Source of the DNA: Vampirovibrionales bacterium
Lineage (GTDB): Bacteria > Cyanobacteriota > Vampirovibrionia > Vampirovibrionales > JAJTHC01
Assembly: GCA_046341215.1 (NCBI GenBank)
Contig: JBKDRU010000010.1
Coordinates: 12,983 to 76,982, forward strand
Direction of reading: 5' to 3'
Length of the DNA stretch: 64,000 nucleotides
Part shown: in pieces, positions 1 through 7,539 of the stretch
How positions within the stretch are numbered: the first letter of the stretch is position 1
Layout of the letters: the number at the start of each line of letters is the position of its first letter
Made by a program: the position numbers and the translations under genes
Notes under the pieces: generated by a model
What the model was told of the DNA's origin: nothing
Database searches by the model: none
Seen by the model: the letters and a program-made list of their open reading frames with translations, nothing else

Positions 1-875
1 CGAATCGGACGCAACTGCTCATTGACGGCTTCTGCCAACTGCTTTTTGCAATCCATACAACCACGGGTGCCTGCACGACACTCGCTCGCCACCGTTTCAC
101 AAGTGGATGCATCCGTAAATGTTTGATACCATGGGAATACGGCGACACAATCATTCGGCTCACCGGGGTCGGTCTTCTTCAGACGCTTGGCATCCGTCAC
201 GGCGGTTTTAATGGCTTTGGTGGTTTCCTCTTCCGAAAAGGCGAGTTCAATGCCGTTTTGATAAGACTTGGACATTTTACGACCGTCTAAGCCAATCACT
301 GAAGGTGTTTCCGTGAGAAGTGGTCTCGGTTCATGGAATATGTGTTGCCCTGTTGTGTGGTTGAAGCGTCTGGCAATGTCTCGAGAAATTTCAAGGTGTG
401 CGAGCTGATCTTTCCCTACAGGCACAAGGCTTCCACCGACGGCGAGAATATCAGCGGTTTGCAGAACAGGGTAGCCTAGTAAACCGTAATTCAGCTCCCC
501 ACTATGAATCATATCCTTCAAGGTGGGATCGGTTTCGCACCACTTATTCGGCGTAATCATGGAAAGGAGCAAGTGGAGTTCCGCAATTTCAGGCACAGCA
601 GATTGAAAATATAAGGTCGCTTTGGTGGGATCAATGCCCGCCCCTAGCCAATCCAGCACGATGTCTCGGCGGTATTCAGGCAGGCGAAGCGTGTCTTCAT
701 ATTTGGTCGTCAATGAATGCCAATCGGCGACCATGAAAAAGGTGGTGTAGTCATTTTGAAGATGCACCCAATTGCGTAAAACGCCCATGTAATGCCCTAA
801 GTGTAAACGCCCTGTGGCTCTCATGCCCGACATCACAACGGGAGGGGTTTGCGTTTCTTTCATGACTTCAGACAT
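1..875 (-). CDS. trpS: tryptophan--tRNA ligase, N-terminal ~291 codons (C-terminus lies beyond the window start)
   Basis: Absent from the ORF track because there is no stop in the window. Reverse complement from ATG (875-873) reads MSEVMKETQTPPVVMSGMRATGRLHLGHYMGV (class I HIGH-type signature). Reverse complement of ~250-300 reads VIGLDGRKMSKSYQNGIEL (KMSKS loop). Layout matches bacterial TrpRS. Confidence 0.85.
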   Translation of the reverse strand, partial: MSEVMKETQTPPVVMSGMRATGRLHLGHYMGVLRNWVHLQNDYTTFFMVADWHSLTTKYEDTLRLPEYRRDIVLDWLGAGIDPTKATLYFQSAVPEIAELHLLLSMITPNKWCETDPTLKDMIHSGELNYGLLGYPVLQTADILAVGGSLVPVGKDQLAHLEISRDIARRFNHTTGQHIFHEPRPLLTETPSVIGLDGRKMSKSYQNGIELAFSEEETTKAIKTAVTDAKRLKKTDPGEPNDCVAVFPWYQTFTDASTCETVASECRAGTRGCMDCKKQLAEAVNEQLRPI

Positions 876-928
876 AGGGCAGATCCTTTTTAAACCATAT
901 CCCCTAGTTTAGCACGAAAGCCCATTCG

Positions 929-1525
929 TTAAACATCATTTTCCAAGTGAGCGGTTTCAGGCATGTAGACCGACCATGTCGTGGCTTCATCATGAATGGT
1001 GTCGTCTAAAATGGAAAATTCCATCAAGGCATCCGTGAAATTAGCCCCATTTAAAATGGCACCTGTAAAGTTGGTGTCATTTAAGGTGGCTCCTTCAAAA
1101 ACGGCATCGCTCAAATCGGCTTCTAAAAAGCTCGATTGGTTTAAATCAGCGTGGCTAAAGTTCGCTTCTTGAGCGGTGACGCCTTCCAACACGCATTGTG
1201 CCATCATACAATGACTAAAATCAGCTTCGGTTAAGTCTGCATGAAAAAATTGTGTGCCGAAACACTCGGATTCTTGAAATTCGGCAAACACCAAAACCGC
1301 ATCATGCAAAATGGTTTCTTCAAAATCGCAGTGATGCAAAATACAGTTAGAAAAGTTAATGCCTGAAAGATTTAATCCACGAAAAGAAGATTCACTTAAA
1401 TCCAGTGTTTCAAACTCTTGAGACCGACGTAATTCGTTAAATATTCCAACGGAATCGGGCTTATAAAGGAGCTCTATCCAGCTTTGTTTGTCTTCAGGGG
1501 GACTTGTTATTTTTTGATCAGACAT
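929..1525 (-). CDS. pentapeptide-repeat protein
   Basis: 198-aa ORF. Long run of A(D/N)LxX-type pentapeptides, e.g. ADLTEADFSHCMMAQCVLEGVTAQEANFSHADLNQSSFLEADLSDAVFEGATLNDTNFTGAILNGANFTDA. Confidence 0.8.
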   Translation of the reverse strand: MSDQKITSPPEDKQSWIELLYKPDSVGIFNELRRSQEFETLDLSESSFRGLNLSGINFSNCILHHCDFEETILHDAVLVFAEFQESECFGTQFFHADLTEADFSHCMMAQCVLEGVTAQEANFSHADLNQSSFLEADLSDAVFEGATLNDTNFTGAILNGANFTDALMEFSILDDTIHDEATTWSVYMPETAHLENDV

Positions 1526-1578
1526 AAGGGCTTCCCCTTTTAAGGTAAATTAATATAGAAAAGTCTAAAAAATAAAAA

Positions 1579-1650
1579 CTCCCCAGGTAGGATTCGAACC
1601 TACAACCTGTCGATTAACAGTCGAATGCTCCACCATTGAGCTACTGAGGA
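1579..1650 (-). tRNA. tRNA-Asn (anticodon GTT)
   Basis: Reverse complement folds as a cloverleaf: acceptor TCCTCAG/CTGGGGA, D arm GCTC-AATGGTG-GAGC, anticodon arm TTCGA-CTGTTAA-TCGAC, T arm GTAGG-TTCGAAT-CCTAC. 72 nt, CCA not encoded. Confidence 0.9.
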
Positions 1651-1736
1651 ATTTAGTTATTTGATTATACAAATCTTCGTGTTTTTTAAGACGCTGAAGA
1701 CCCTCAAGATTTGTTAATTTGTTTAACTAATCTTTT

Positions 1737-1777
1737 ACTATAATACTCAATAAATGAGGCTTGGCAAGTACTTTTTT
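1737..1777 (-). promoter_or_regulatory. candidate sigma70-type promoter for tRNA-Asn (A-tract, -35 TTGCCA, -10 TATAGT)
   Basis: Minus strand reads AAAAAAGTACTTGCCA-N19-TATAGT about 80 nt upstream of the tRNA. The A-tract plus -35 17-mer is identical to the one at 9007-9023. The 19-nt spacer is longer than optimal. Confidence 0.25.
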
Positions 1778-1838
1778 GAAGGAAGTCCTTAATTTGATTG
1801 AAGTTTTCAAACTCGCCCCAATTGAATAATAAAAAAAA

Positions 1839-1912
1839 TCGGGAAGACAGGATTCGAACCTGCGACCCTCTGTTCCCAAAACAGATGCGCTACCAAGCTG
1901 CGCTACTTCCCG
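1839..1912 (-). tRNA. tRNA-Pro (anticodon TGG)
   Basis: Reverse complement folds as a cloverleaf: acceptor CGGGAAG/CTTCCCG, D arm GCGC-AGCTTGGTA-GCGC, anticodon arm TCTGT-TTTGGGA-ACAGA, T arm GCAGG-TTCGAAT-CCTGT. 74 nt. Confidence 0.9.
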
Positions 1913-2070
1913 ATTTATGCGATTATCTTATTATCCTAGTTTAAACATTTTCAAAGCACAATTGATAAAGTATAGTTTATTTCGTACAAGCAGGGGACGA
2001 TTCGCCAGAATGGATTTATACGTTATAATAACAACATATTGTGATCCCTTGAACATGAGAGACCCCCACC

Positions 2071-3918
2071 ATGCGTATGACCCGACTATTTGCTAGCACC
2101 TTAAGAGACGTCCCCGCCGAAGCCGAAGTCGTCAGTCACCAGCTTTTGTTGCGGGCAGGCTATATCCGCCGAGTGTCCAGTGGCGTCTACAATTTCTTGC
2201 CCTTGATGTGGCGAGTCTTGATGAATATCGAACAAATTATTCGTGAAGAAATGAATGCAGCTCACGCCCAAGAACTGCTTTTGCCTGTGGTGCAACCAGC
2301 AACGCTATGGGAAGCATCGGGGCGTTGGGCGACGTATGGCAAGGAATTGCTCCGCTTTAAGGACAGACACGATCGTGAAGGGTGCTTTGCGCCTACTGGT
2401 GAAGAAGTCATCACCGCTTTGGGTGGAGCGGAATTGAAGTCGTATCGGCAATTGCCTGTGAATTTGTATCAAATTGGCACCAAGTTCAGAGACGAGGTGC
2501 GTCCTCGCTTTGGGCTCTTGCGTGGGCGTGAGTTCATTATGAAGGATGCCTACAGCTTCCACGCCAACGCCGACTGTTTGCAAAAAGAATATGATGTGAT
2601 GGCAGACGTCTACAAACGCATTTTTGAGCGGTGTGGCTTGGAAACCAAAATGGTGCGGTCGGACGCTGGTGCCATTGGGGGCGATGTGAGCCATGAGTTT
2701 ATGATGTTGACGAAAGACGACCCCAATGGGCAGAAGTCAGGCGAAAATGACGTCATTCACTGCGACGGTTGCGGATACGCCGCCAACGTCGAAAAAGCGG
2801 ATGGGGGCTTGCTCACCACCACAACGCTAGACGGTGCGACGCTCGGTTATACAGAAGAAAAAATTCTACCCACCAAAAAAACCACGACGATCGAACTGTT
2901 GATGACGTGTCTAGATATTCCAGCGACATTGATTAGCAAGCACTTGTTGTATATGGTGAACGAAGAAACCCCTGTGATTGTGGTCATTCGTGGCGACCGT
3001 AACGTGGAAGCAACCAAGCTGAAAAATGCCTTGCACACAGAAGCAAATCCCGTGCATGAGATTCGCCTCGCCACCCCTGAAGAACTCAAAGAACGCTTTA
3101 ACACGATTAAAGGCTTCTTGGGCGTGGCTCAGTTACAGGATGTCATTCGTCAGGCTTCCTCTTCTGAAAAACGTCTGAATGAAGCCCTTCAAGTGGTCCT
3201 AGCTAGCGGTGAAGTCATCCCGTTTTTGGTGGATGCGTCCGTATTGGGGATGAAATCTTTTGTGATTGCTCACAATAAGTATGACGAGCATACCGTTGGC
3301 TTTAATTGGTCGGCAACGGTTGCTCCGTTGATTGAAGCGAATGCTCAAGCATTATATGCCGTTCAAGCAGGCGATGCTTGCCCTGATTGTGGAACGCCTG
3401 TCGCCGTGAGTCGTGGTATTGAAGTCGGCAATATCTTCCAGCTCGGCACAAAATACACCGAACCCATGGGTTACACCTTTACTGCCGAAGATGGTAGTGA
3501 ACAACATGCGACGATGGGATGCTACGGCATCGGCGTGACTCGTGTGGCGGCGTCTGCGGTGGAACAGCATCATGACGATTGGGGCATTATTTGGCCAGAC
3601 GCCATTGCCCCTTATAAAATCACGGTGGTGATCGCCAATACCAGCGACGCCACCCAAACGCAGGTTGGTGAAGACCTGTACAAGACTTTAGCGAGCGTTT
3701 ACCCTGACAACGTCGTGCTAGACGATCGGGATGAGCGGGCTGGTGTCAAGTTTAAGGATGCTGATTTGATGGGCTTCCCGATTCGTGTCACCGTGGGCAA
3801 GTTTGCGGGTGAAGGTAAGGTGGAAGTCAAGCAGCGTCGTGCGAAAGACGCTGAACTCGTAAGCATAGATGGTGTGTTGGATGCCGTTAAGCGCTTGTTA
3901 TACCAATTAAACGATTAA
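2071..3918 (+). CDS. proS: proline--tRNA ligase, bacterial type with editing (INS) insertion
   Basis: 615-aa ORF. N-terminus MRMTRLFASTLRDVPAEAEVVSHQLLLRAGYIRR resembles bacterial ProRS. Class II motif 2 FRDEVRPRFGLLRGREFIMKDAYSF and motif 3 GCYGIGVTRVAAS are present. Confidence 0.92.
   Translation: MRMTRLFASTLRDVPAEAEVVSHQLLLRAGYIRRVSSGVYNFLPLMWRVLMNIEQIIREEMNAAHAQELLLPVVQPATLWEASGRWATYGKELLRFKDRHDREGCFAPTGEEVITALGGAELKSYRQLPVNLYQIGTKFRDEVRPRFGLLRGREFIMKDAYSFHANADCLQKEYDVMADVYKRIFERCGLETKMVRSDAGAIGGDVSHEFMMLTKDDPNGQKSGENDVIHCDGCGYAANVEKADGGLLTTTTLDGATLGYTEEKILPTKKTTTIELLMTCLDIPATLISKHLLYMVNEETPVIVVIRGDRNVEATKLKNALHTEANPVHEIRLATPEELKERFNTIKGFLGVAQLQDVIRQASSSEKRLNEALQVVLASGEVIPFLVDASVLGMKSFVIAHNKYDEHTVGFNWSATVAPLIEANAQALYAVQAGDACPDCGTPVAVSRGIEVGNIFQLGTKYTEPMGYTFTAEDGSEQHATMGCYGIGVTRVAASAVEQHHDDWGIIWPDAIAPYKITVVIANTSDATQTQVGEDLYKTLASVYPDNVVLDDRDERAGVKFKDADLMGFPIRVTVGKFAGEGKVEVKQRRAKDAELVSIDGVLDAVKRLLYQLND
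3900..3916. repeat. copy A of exact 17-nt element ATACCAATTAAACGATT (overlaps proS last codons and stop)
   Basis: Identical 17-mer at 3900-3916, 4181-4197 and 14688-14704, all in the same orientation. Confidence 0.9.
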
Positions 3919-3997
3919 ATAGCGTCTGGCGTCTTCGTTGTCGCTCGGGTTCTCGATGTGCTTATGTACGTCTCTGTACACTTCACCCATCTGCGAG

Positions 3998-4018
3998 TCT
4001 AGGTTCCTAGATTTTTTT
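3998..4018 (+). terminator. weak intrinsic terminator candidate downstream of proS
   Basis: TCTAG-GTTC-CTAGA (5-bp stem, tetraloop) followed by T7 (4012-4018). Confidence 0.35.
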
Positions 4019-4052
4019 GTGCGGGCGTTTAGAGCGACCTACATAACGGAAC

Positions 4053-4079
4053 AAAAAAAACTGTGCGACAACGCAGAGT
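4053..4079 (-). terminator. intrinsic terminator candidate on the minus strand
   Basis: Minus strand reads ACTCTGCG-TTGT-CGCACAGT (7 bp, one mismatch) followed by T8. It faces the proS terminator. Confidence 0.4.
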
Positions 4080-4180
4080 CAACGTATGGTTATTTATTTA
4101 GAATACTATAATCAACCTAGCGAAGGCTCTGGGTGCTTGCTTGGGTTGTTTTGTTCTGGAAACCTTCATAAATCAATCTA

Positions 4181-4197
4181 ATACCAATTAAACGATT
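4181..4197. repeat. copy B of 17-nt element ATACCAATTAAACGATT (intergenic)
   Basis: Exact copy. Here its right half is part of the palindrome TAAACGAT-TCA-ATCGTTTA (4190-4208). Confidence 0.9.
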
Positions 4198-4552
4198 CAA
4201 TCGTTTATCAGACTCCATAGGATCCCTGCAAACAGACTGTTACAATTTTTACAATTAAGGCAATTTTAAGATTCTATTTACCTTTATTAAAGCACAGAGG
4301 AGATGACTCCTCACCCCCATTCCTTCCCACTTATTCCCCATTCCACACACGTATCGCAACCCCCCTGTTTCAGAAAATCGTTGTATTTTTTATCCTGCTC
4401 GTACTATGTACACCTCCTCTTCCCTTAACCTTTTACTCGATCCGTCTTTTGTGCATCGTCTCACATGTGAAATCTACCCCCAACTCGTTCACCCTTTCCT
4501 TATATATACCTGTTCACCCTCCTTCAAGAAAATAAAGAGAAATACTCAAGCT

Positions 4553-4756
4553 ATGGCTTTAACTGAACCTCAAATCTCGTCTTTATTAGGTTACATCGCA
4601 GAACCTATTCAGAACAAAGTATCTGAAAAAAACCATGCCGATTTAAAAGAAATTATGCTTGTCTTTAAAGAAGTCGATGCTCAAAGGAACTTACAAATGC
4701 CTTCAAGTATTGAGCAACGCTGGATTGATTTTTTGCCTTGGCATTCTTTCAACTAA
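4553..4756 (+). CDS. small hypothetical protein (67 aa from internal ATG of the 4406-4756 ORF)
   Basis: The ORF track gives 4406-4756, but the first ~49 codons cover a pyrimidine-rich repeat region. MALTEPQISSLLGYIAEPIQNK... from ATG 4553 looks more protein-like. A strong terminator follows directly. Confidence 0.4.
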   Translation: MALTEPQISSLLGYIAEPIQNKVSEKNHADLKEIMLVFKEVDAQRNLQMPSSIEQRWIDFLPWHSFN

Positions 4757-4777
4757 AACATTTCCCTATATAACAAA

Positions 4778-4815
4778 AACGCATGAGGCTTTTTAGCTTC
4801 ATGCGTTTTGTTTTG
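4778..4815 (+). terminator. Rho-independent terminator
   Basis: AACGCATGAGGC-TTTTTA-GCTTCATGCGTT (10-12 bp stem) followed by TTTTGTTTTG. Confidence 0.75.
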
Positions 4816-4973
4816 AAGGGTTTTTGTAACAAAATAAAACATTTCTTAATAATATAGGTGTCAAAATGAATCGCTCCTTGCAAGACAAGGCAAGTATTGA
4901 TATTGTGAAGAATACAGTCGCAATTAATATTGATACCCTCGTACTCAAATAGTTAAAGAGAACCCCGTCACCT

Positions 4974-6041
4974 ATGGTTCGTCAAACCTTAAAGAATACT
5001 TACCATACGAGCTCGCTTTATCTGCTGAAGTTTTTGTCGTATTTGGAACTAAGTCCTCTGAAACGTGCGGAGTTACAGAGTCTCTTTGAGCACGACCCCG
5101 ACTGCCTTTCCCCACTTTCAACCGATACATTACGTTTGTACGCCAATGCCCTTGAAGAAATGGGTTCTTTACTCCAGCGCCCAGACAAAAGCAATGATTT
5201 TCAATACAAACTCAACTATTCACCGTTTTGGATCCAGTTTTCTTCCGAAGAATGGAAGCTATTTTTGCATAGTTTAGACAGTAAATTGAGGACATCTCAT
5301 ATACCGAGTTTTGTTCGTGTTTATGAAATGGCGGAGTATTTCCTTTCACAAAAGTTTTTAACACCACAAGCCAAGCAAGAATTACAAACGTTATTGAACC
5401 GTTATATTAAGCCTTTTCAACTTAAAAATTTAAAAATTTTGGAACGTTCATCGGAATTGAATACCTGGTTTTTGGTGCAGTATCAAGGTAAAGAATCCGT
5501 TTATGAATGGCAGGTTCTGCATGACACGTTAATTTTAGATCATCGCCGCTTGTATTGGCTATGTTATCAGGTAAACCCTGAAACAGGAGATATTTCACCG
5601 CTGATGCTTCGTATAGATCGCTGTCGTAATATTTTCCCAATTCCTGAAGTTAAGTCTAACACCTATGAATCGACACATCGTCGTATTTTAAAATACATTG
5701 ATGAAGAACCTGAATTAAGTTGTGCCGTTGTCCTACCTAAGGGGATTAACTTTGTTTCGCCTCGTTTAAGGGGTGAACGCCTTGTGTTTTTAAGTGAAGA
5801 CACACAGGAAGCGTTACCTTTCTGGCGAGATATTCAGAGCTTTTATGGTGTAGAAGCCTATGCCGTTCAATACACGGTTAAAACCACGCATTTGTTTTAC
5901 CTCATGCAGTCTCTAAAAGCGTCAGGTGGATTCCTCATACCTTTAACGCCTGCTTTCTCTGAAGCATTTGTAAGTAGCCAAGAAAAAGCGAGGTTTGAAA
6001 AGAAAGAAAGCCACGAACAAGAAAGGGTGATAAGCGTATGA
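4974..6041 (+). CDS. wHTH + WYL-like domain putative transcriptional regulator (paralog 1)
   Basis: 355 aa. The N-terminal segment LYLLKFLSYLELSPLKRAELQSLF...STDTLRLYANALEEMG fits the YafY/HTH_11 pattern. The central segment FLVQYQGKESVYEWQVLHDTLILDHRRLYWLCYQV...PLMLRIDRCRNI fits the WYL-domain pattern (...YWL...RIDR...). Overlaps the next gene by ATGA. Confidence 0.55.
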   Translation: MVRQTLKNTYHTSSLYLLKFLSYLELSPLKRAELQSLFEHDPDCLSPLSTDTLRLYANALEEMGSLLQRPDKSNDFQYKLNYSPFWIQFSSEEWKLFLHSLDSKLRTSHIPSFVRVYEMAEYFLSQKFLTPQAKQELQTLLNRYIKPFQLKNLKILERSSELNTWFLVQYQGKESVYEWQVLHDTLILDHRRLYWLCYQVNPETGDISPLMLRIDRCRNIFPIPEVKSNTYESTHRRILKYIDEEPELSCAVVLPKGINFVSPRLRGERLVFLSEDTQEALPFWRDIQSFYGVEAYAVQYTVKTTHLFYLMQSLKASGGFLIPLTPAFSEAFVSSQEKARFEKKESHEQERVISV

Positions 6042-7024
6042 ACGTTTCAGGCGTTTCGGATCCCTTTAAGCAAGCCCCTAGCCTTCTGCAGTCTTCGGAC
6101 TTGCATACCACAGCCAAACGTGTCTTGAGTATTATCCTCATTCTACTTGAACGTCTCAAAGTGGAAGAATCGGTTTTAATGGCAAATTTAAGCCCTGAAG
6201 GTGAAGAACCTGTGCCTTATAATACCTTGCGTAAATACATACGTACCTTACGTTATGCGGGCTTTGATATCGTAAGAAAACGTCTTGAAGGTTCTATTTT
6301 TTATCTGTTAAATGATACGAAATTTCACTTGGATTTAAGTGTTCAACATGCCCAAGGCTTTGAAGAATGGGTGACGTCTTTATCTAAATCCAGCTTGCTT
6401 TACCGTAAGGTGATGATGCTGGTGTCGCCTCCTTTTCGTATTGGTTTTTGGGATCCCCATTTTGCGTATAATCAAGCCTCATCCCTCACGTTATTTGAAG
6501 GTAAAGAACATTTAAAGCTTTTACAAGACGCCATTGCATCTAAACAAATTTTAGAGTTTCAGTTGTATGATGATGTGCAAATTCAAACGAAGATTGCTAC
6601 ATTTTGGGCAAGGCCGTATGCCTTGACCCCGTTTCGACAAAGAGATGCCGTTATTTCGGCCATTCACCCTTATAATCGTCAAGTGTTTCATCTTAAGTTG
6701 AGTAATATTAGGCAGTTGAGTGCTGTTTCAAAACATTGGTTGGCGTGTGATTGGCTTAAGTCTGTGGATTATCAACTGGTTTTAACTCCCCATCTTGCAA
6801 AACGTTATGAAATCAAACCCCACGAAACGCTTGTAGGGGTTTCGACTTCAGGGGAAACCTGCATACAGGTTTCAAAGGAATTACAGTATAAGGCACTGTC
6901 TCGATGTGTGAAATATGATACACTAATACAAGTACGTTCAGCAGATGCGTTAAGTGAAAAACTTCAAGCATTTCAGGACTTGCAGACACGTATTCTTGAA
7001 GAGACCAAGGTGCCTTCCCTTTAG
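6038..7024 (+). CDS. wHTH + WYL-like domain putative transcriptional regulator (paralog 2)
   Basis: 328 aa. RVLSIILILLERLKVEESVLMANL...YNTLRKYIRTLRYAGFDIV fits the wHTH pattern. LEFQLYDD...FWARPYALTPFRQRDAVISAIHPYNRQVFHLKLSNIRQL fits a WYL-like pattern. Same architecture as the upstream gene. Confidence 0.55.
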   Translation: MNVSGVSDPFKQAPSLLQSSDLHTTAKRVLSIILILLERLKVEESVLMANLSPEGEEPVPYNTLRKYIRTLRYAGFDIVRKRLEGSIFYLLNDTKFHLDLSVQHAQGFEEWVTSLSKSSLLYRKVMMLVSPPFRIGFWDPHFAYNQASSLTLFEGKEHLKLLQDAIASKQILEFQLYDDVQIQTKIATFWARPYALTPFRQRDAVISAIHPYNRQVFHLKLSNIRQLSAVSKHWLACDWLKSVDYQLVLTPHLAKRYEIKPHETLVGVSTSGETCIQVSKELQYKALSRCVKYDTLIQVRSADALSEKLQAFQDLQTRILEETKVPSL

Positions 7025-7051
7025 AAGGTCAGCTAAAGGAAGATAAATCTT

Positions 7052-7516
7052 ATGCAAGTGTATGTATTTTTAGCGAGTTTAGTCAGTTCGTTACTTATTT
7101 ATGGTGTGGTTTATTGGCAATTACGCTGTTCCTTTTCTAATTTACTAGGCAATGCCTTTCGTAAAAAAGCAATCCTTATCGCTTCTTCGCAGGAAATTTC
7201 TCCGCAACCAGAACTCGCCGAATCTCATCAACGAGCTTCTGCTCACTTAGAAGAACAGGGGTATTTAAGGCTTTTGAATGTGGTGTATTTTTTGTTTGTG
7301 ATCAATGGATTGGTGAATGTGGCTAAAAAAGTTACTTCGTTACAAATTAAAGATTTTACTCAAGCCATTCAGATTTGGGCCGATATAACGAGTGGTCAAC
7401 TTTTTTTGTTAGGATGCTTTGCCGTTTTGTACGTGATTGCCTTGTTGGTAATTAAAGACCGCTTGCAAGAATCATTAAGCTCCTCCCAATATACCGATTC
7501 ACCACAACCTTGGTAA
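7052..7516 (+). CDS. hypothetical membrane protein (about 3 TM segments)
   Basis: 154 aa with hydrophobic segments MQVYVFLASLVSSLLIYGVVYW, LLNVVYFLFVINGLVNV and LFLLGCFAVLYVIALLVI. SD AAGGAAG upstream. Confidence 0.6.
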   Translation: MQVYVFLASLVSSLLIYGVVYWQLRCSFSNLLGNAFRKKAILIASSQEISPQPELAESHQRASAHLEEQGYLRLLNVVYFLFVINGLVNVAKKVTSLQIKDFTQAIQIWADITSGQLFLLGCFAVLYVIALLVIKDRLQESLSSSQYTDSPQPW

Positions 7517-7539
7517 GCCCAAATACAAGGAAATAGACG

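Noticed and set aside
1761-1777. Sigma54 (-24/-12) promoter reading of TTGGCAAGTACTTTTTT on the plus strand
   Set aside because: The GG-N10-GC spacing is not satisfied (TT sits where GC is required). The minus-strand sigma70 reading (TTGCCA-17-TAGAAT) fits better.
2101-3657. Nested and antisense ORFs inside proS, and the analogous nested ORFs inside most other long genes in the track
   Set aside because: They are fully contained in longer ORFs that carry strong family motifs. No SD or motif evidence supports them.
4406-4552. First 49 codons of the 4406-4756 ORF
   Set aside because: This stretch covers a pyrimidine-rich repeat motif region and gives an odd composition (SSSLNLLLDPSFVHRLTCEIYPQLVHPFLIYTCSPSF). 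The internal ATG at 4553 is more plausible, though this remains uncertain.
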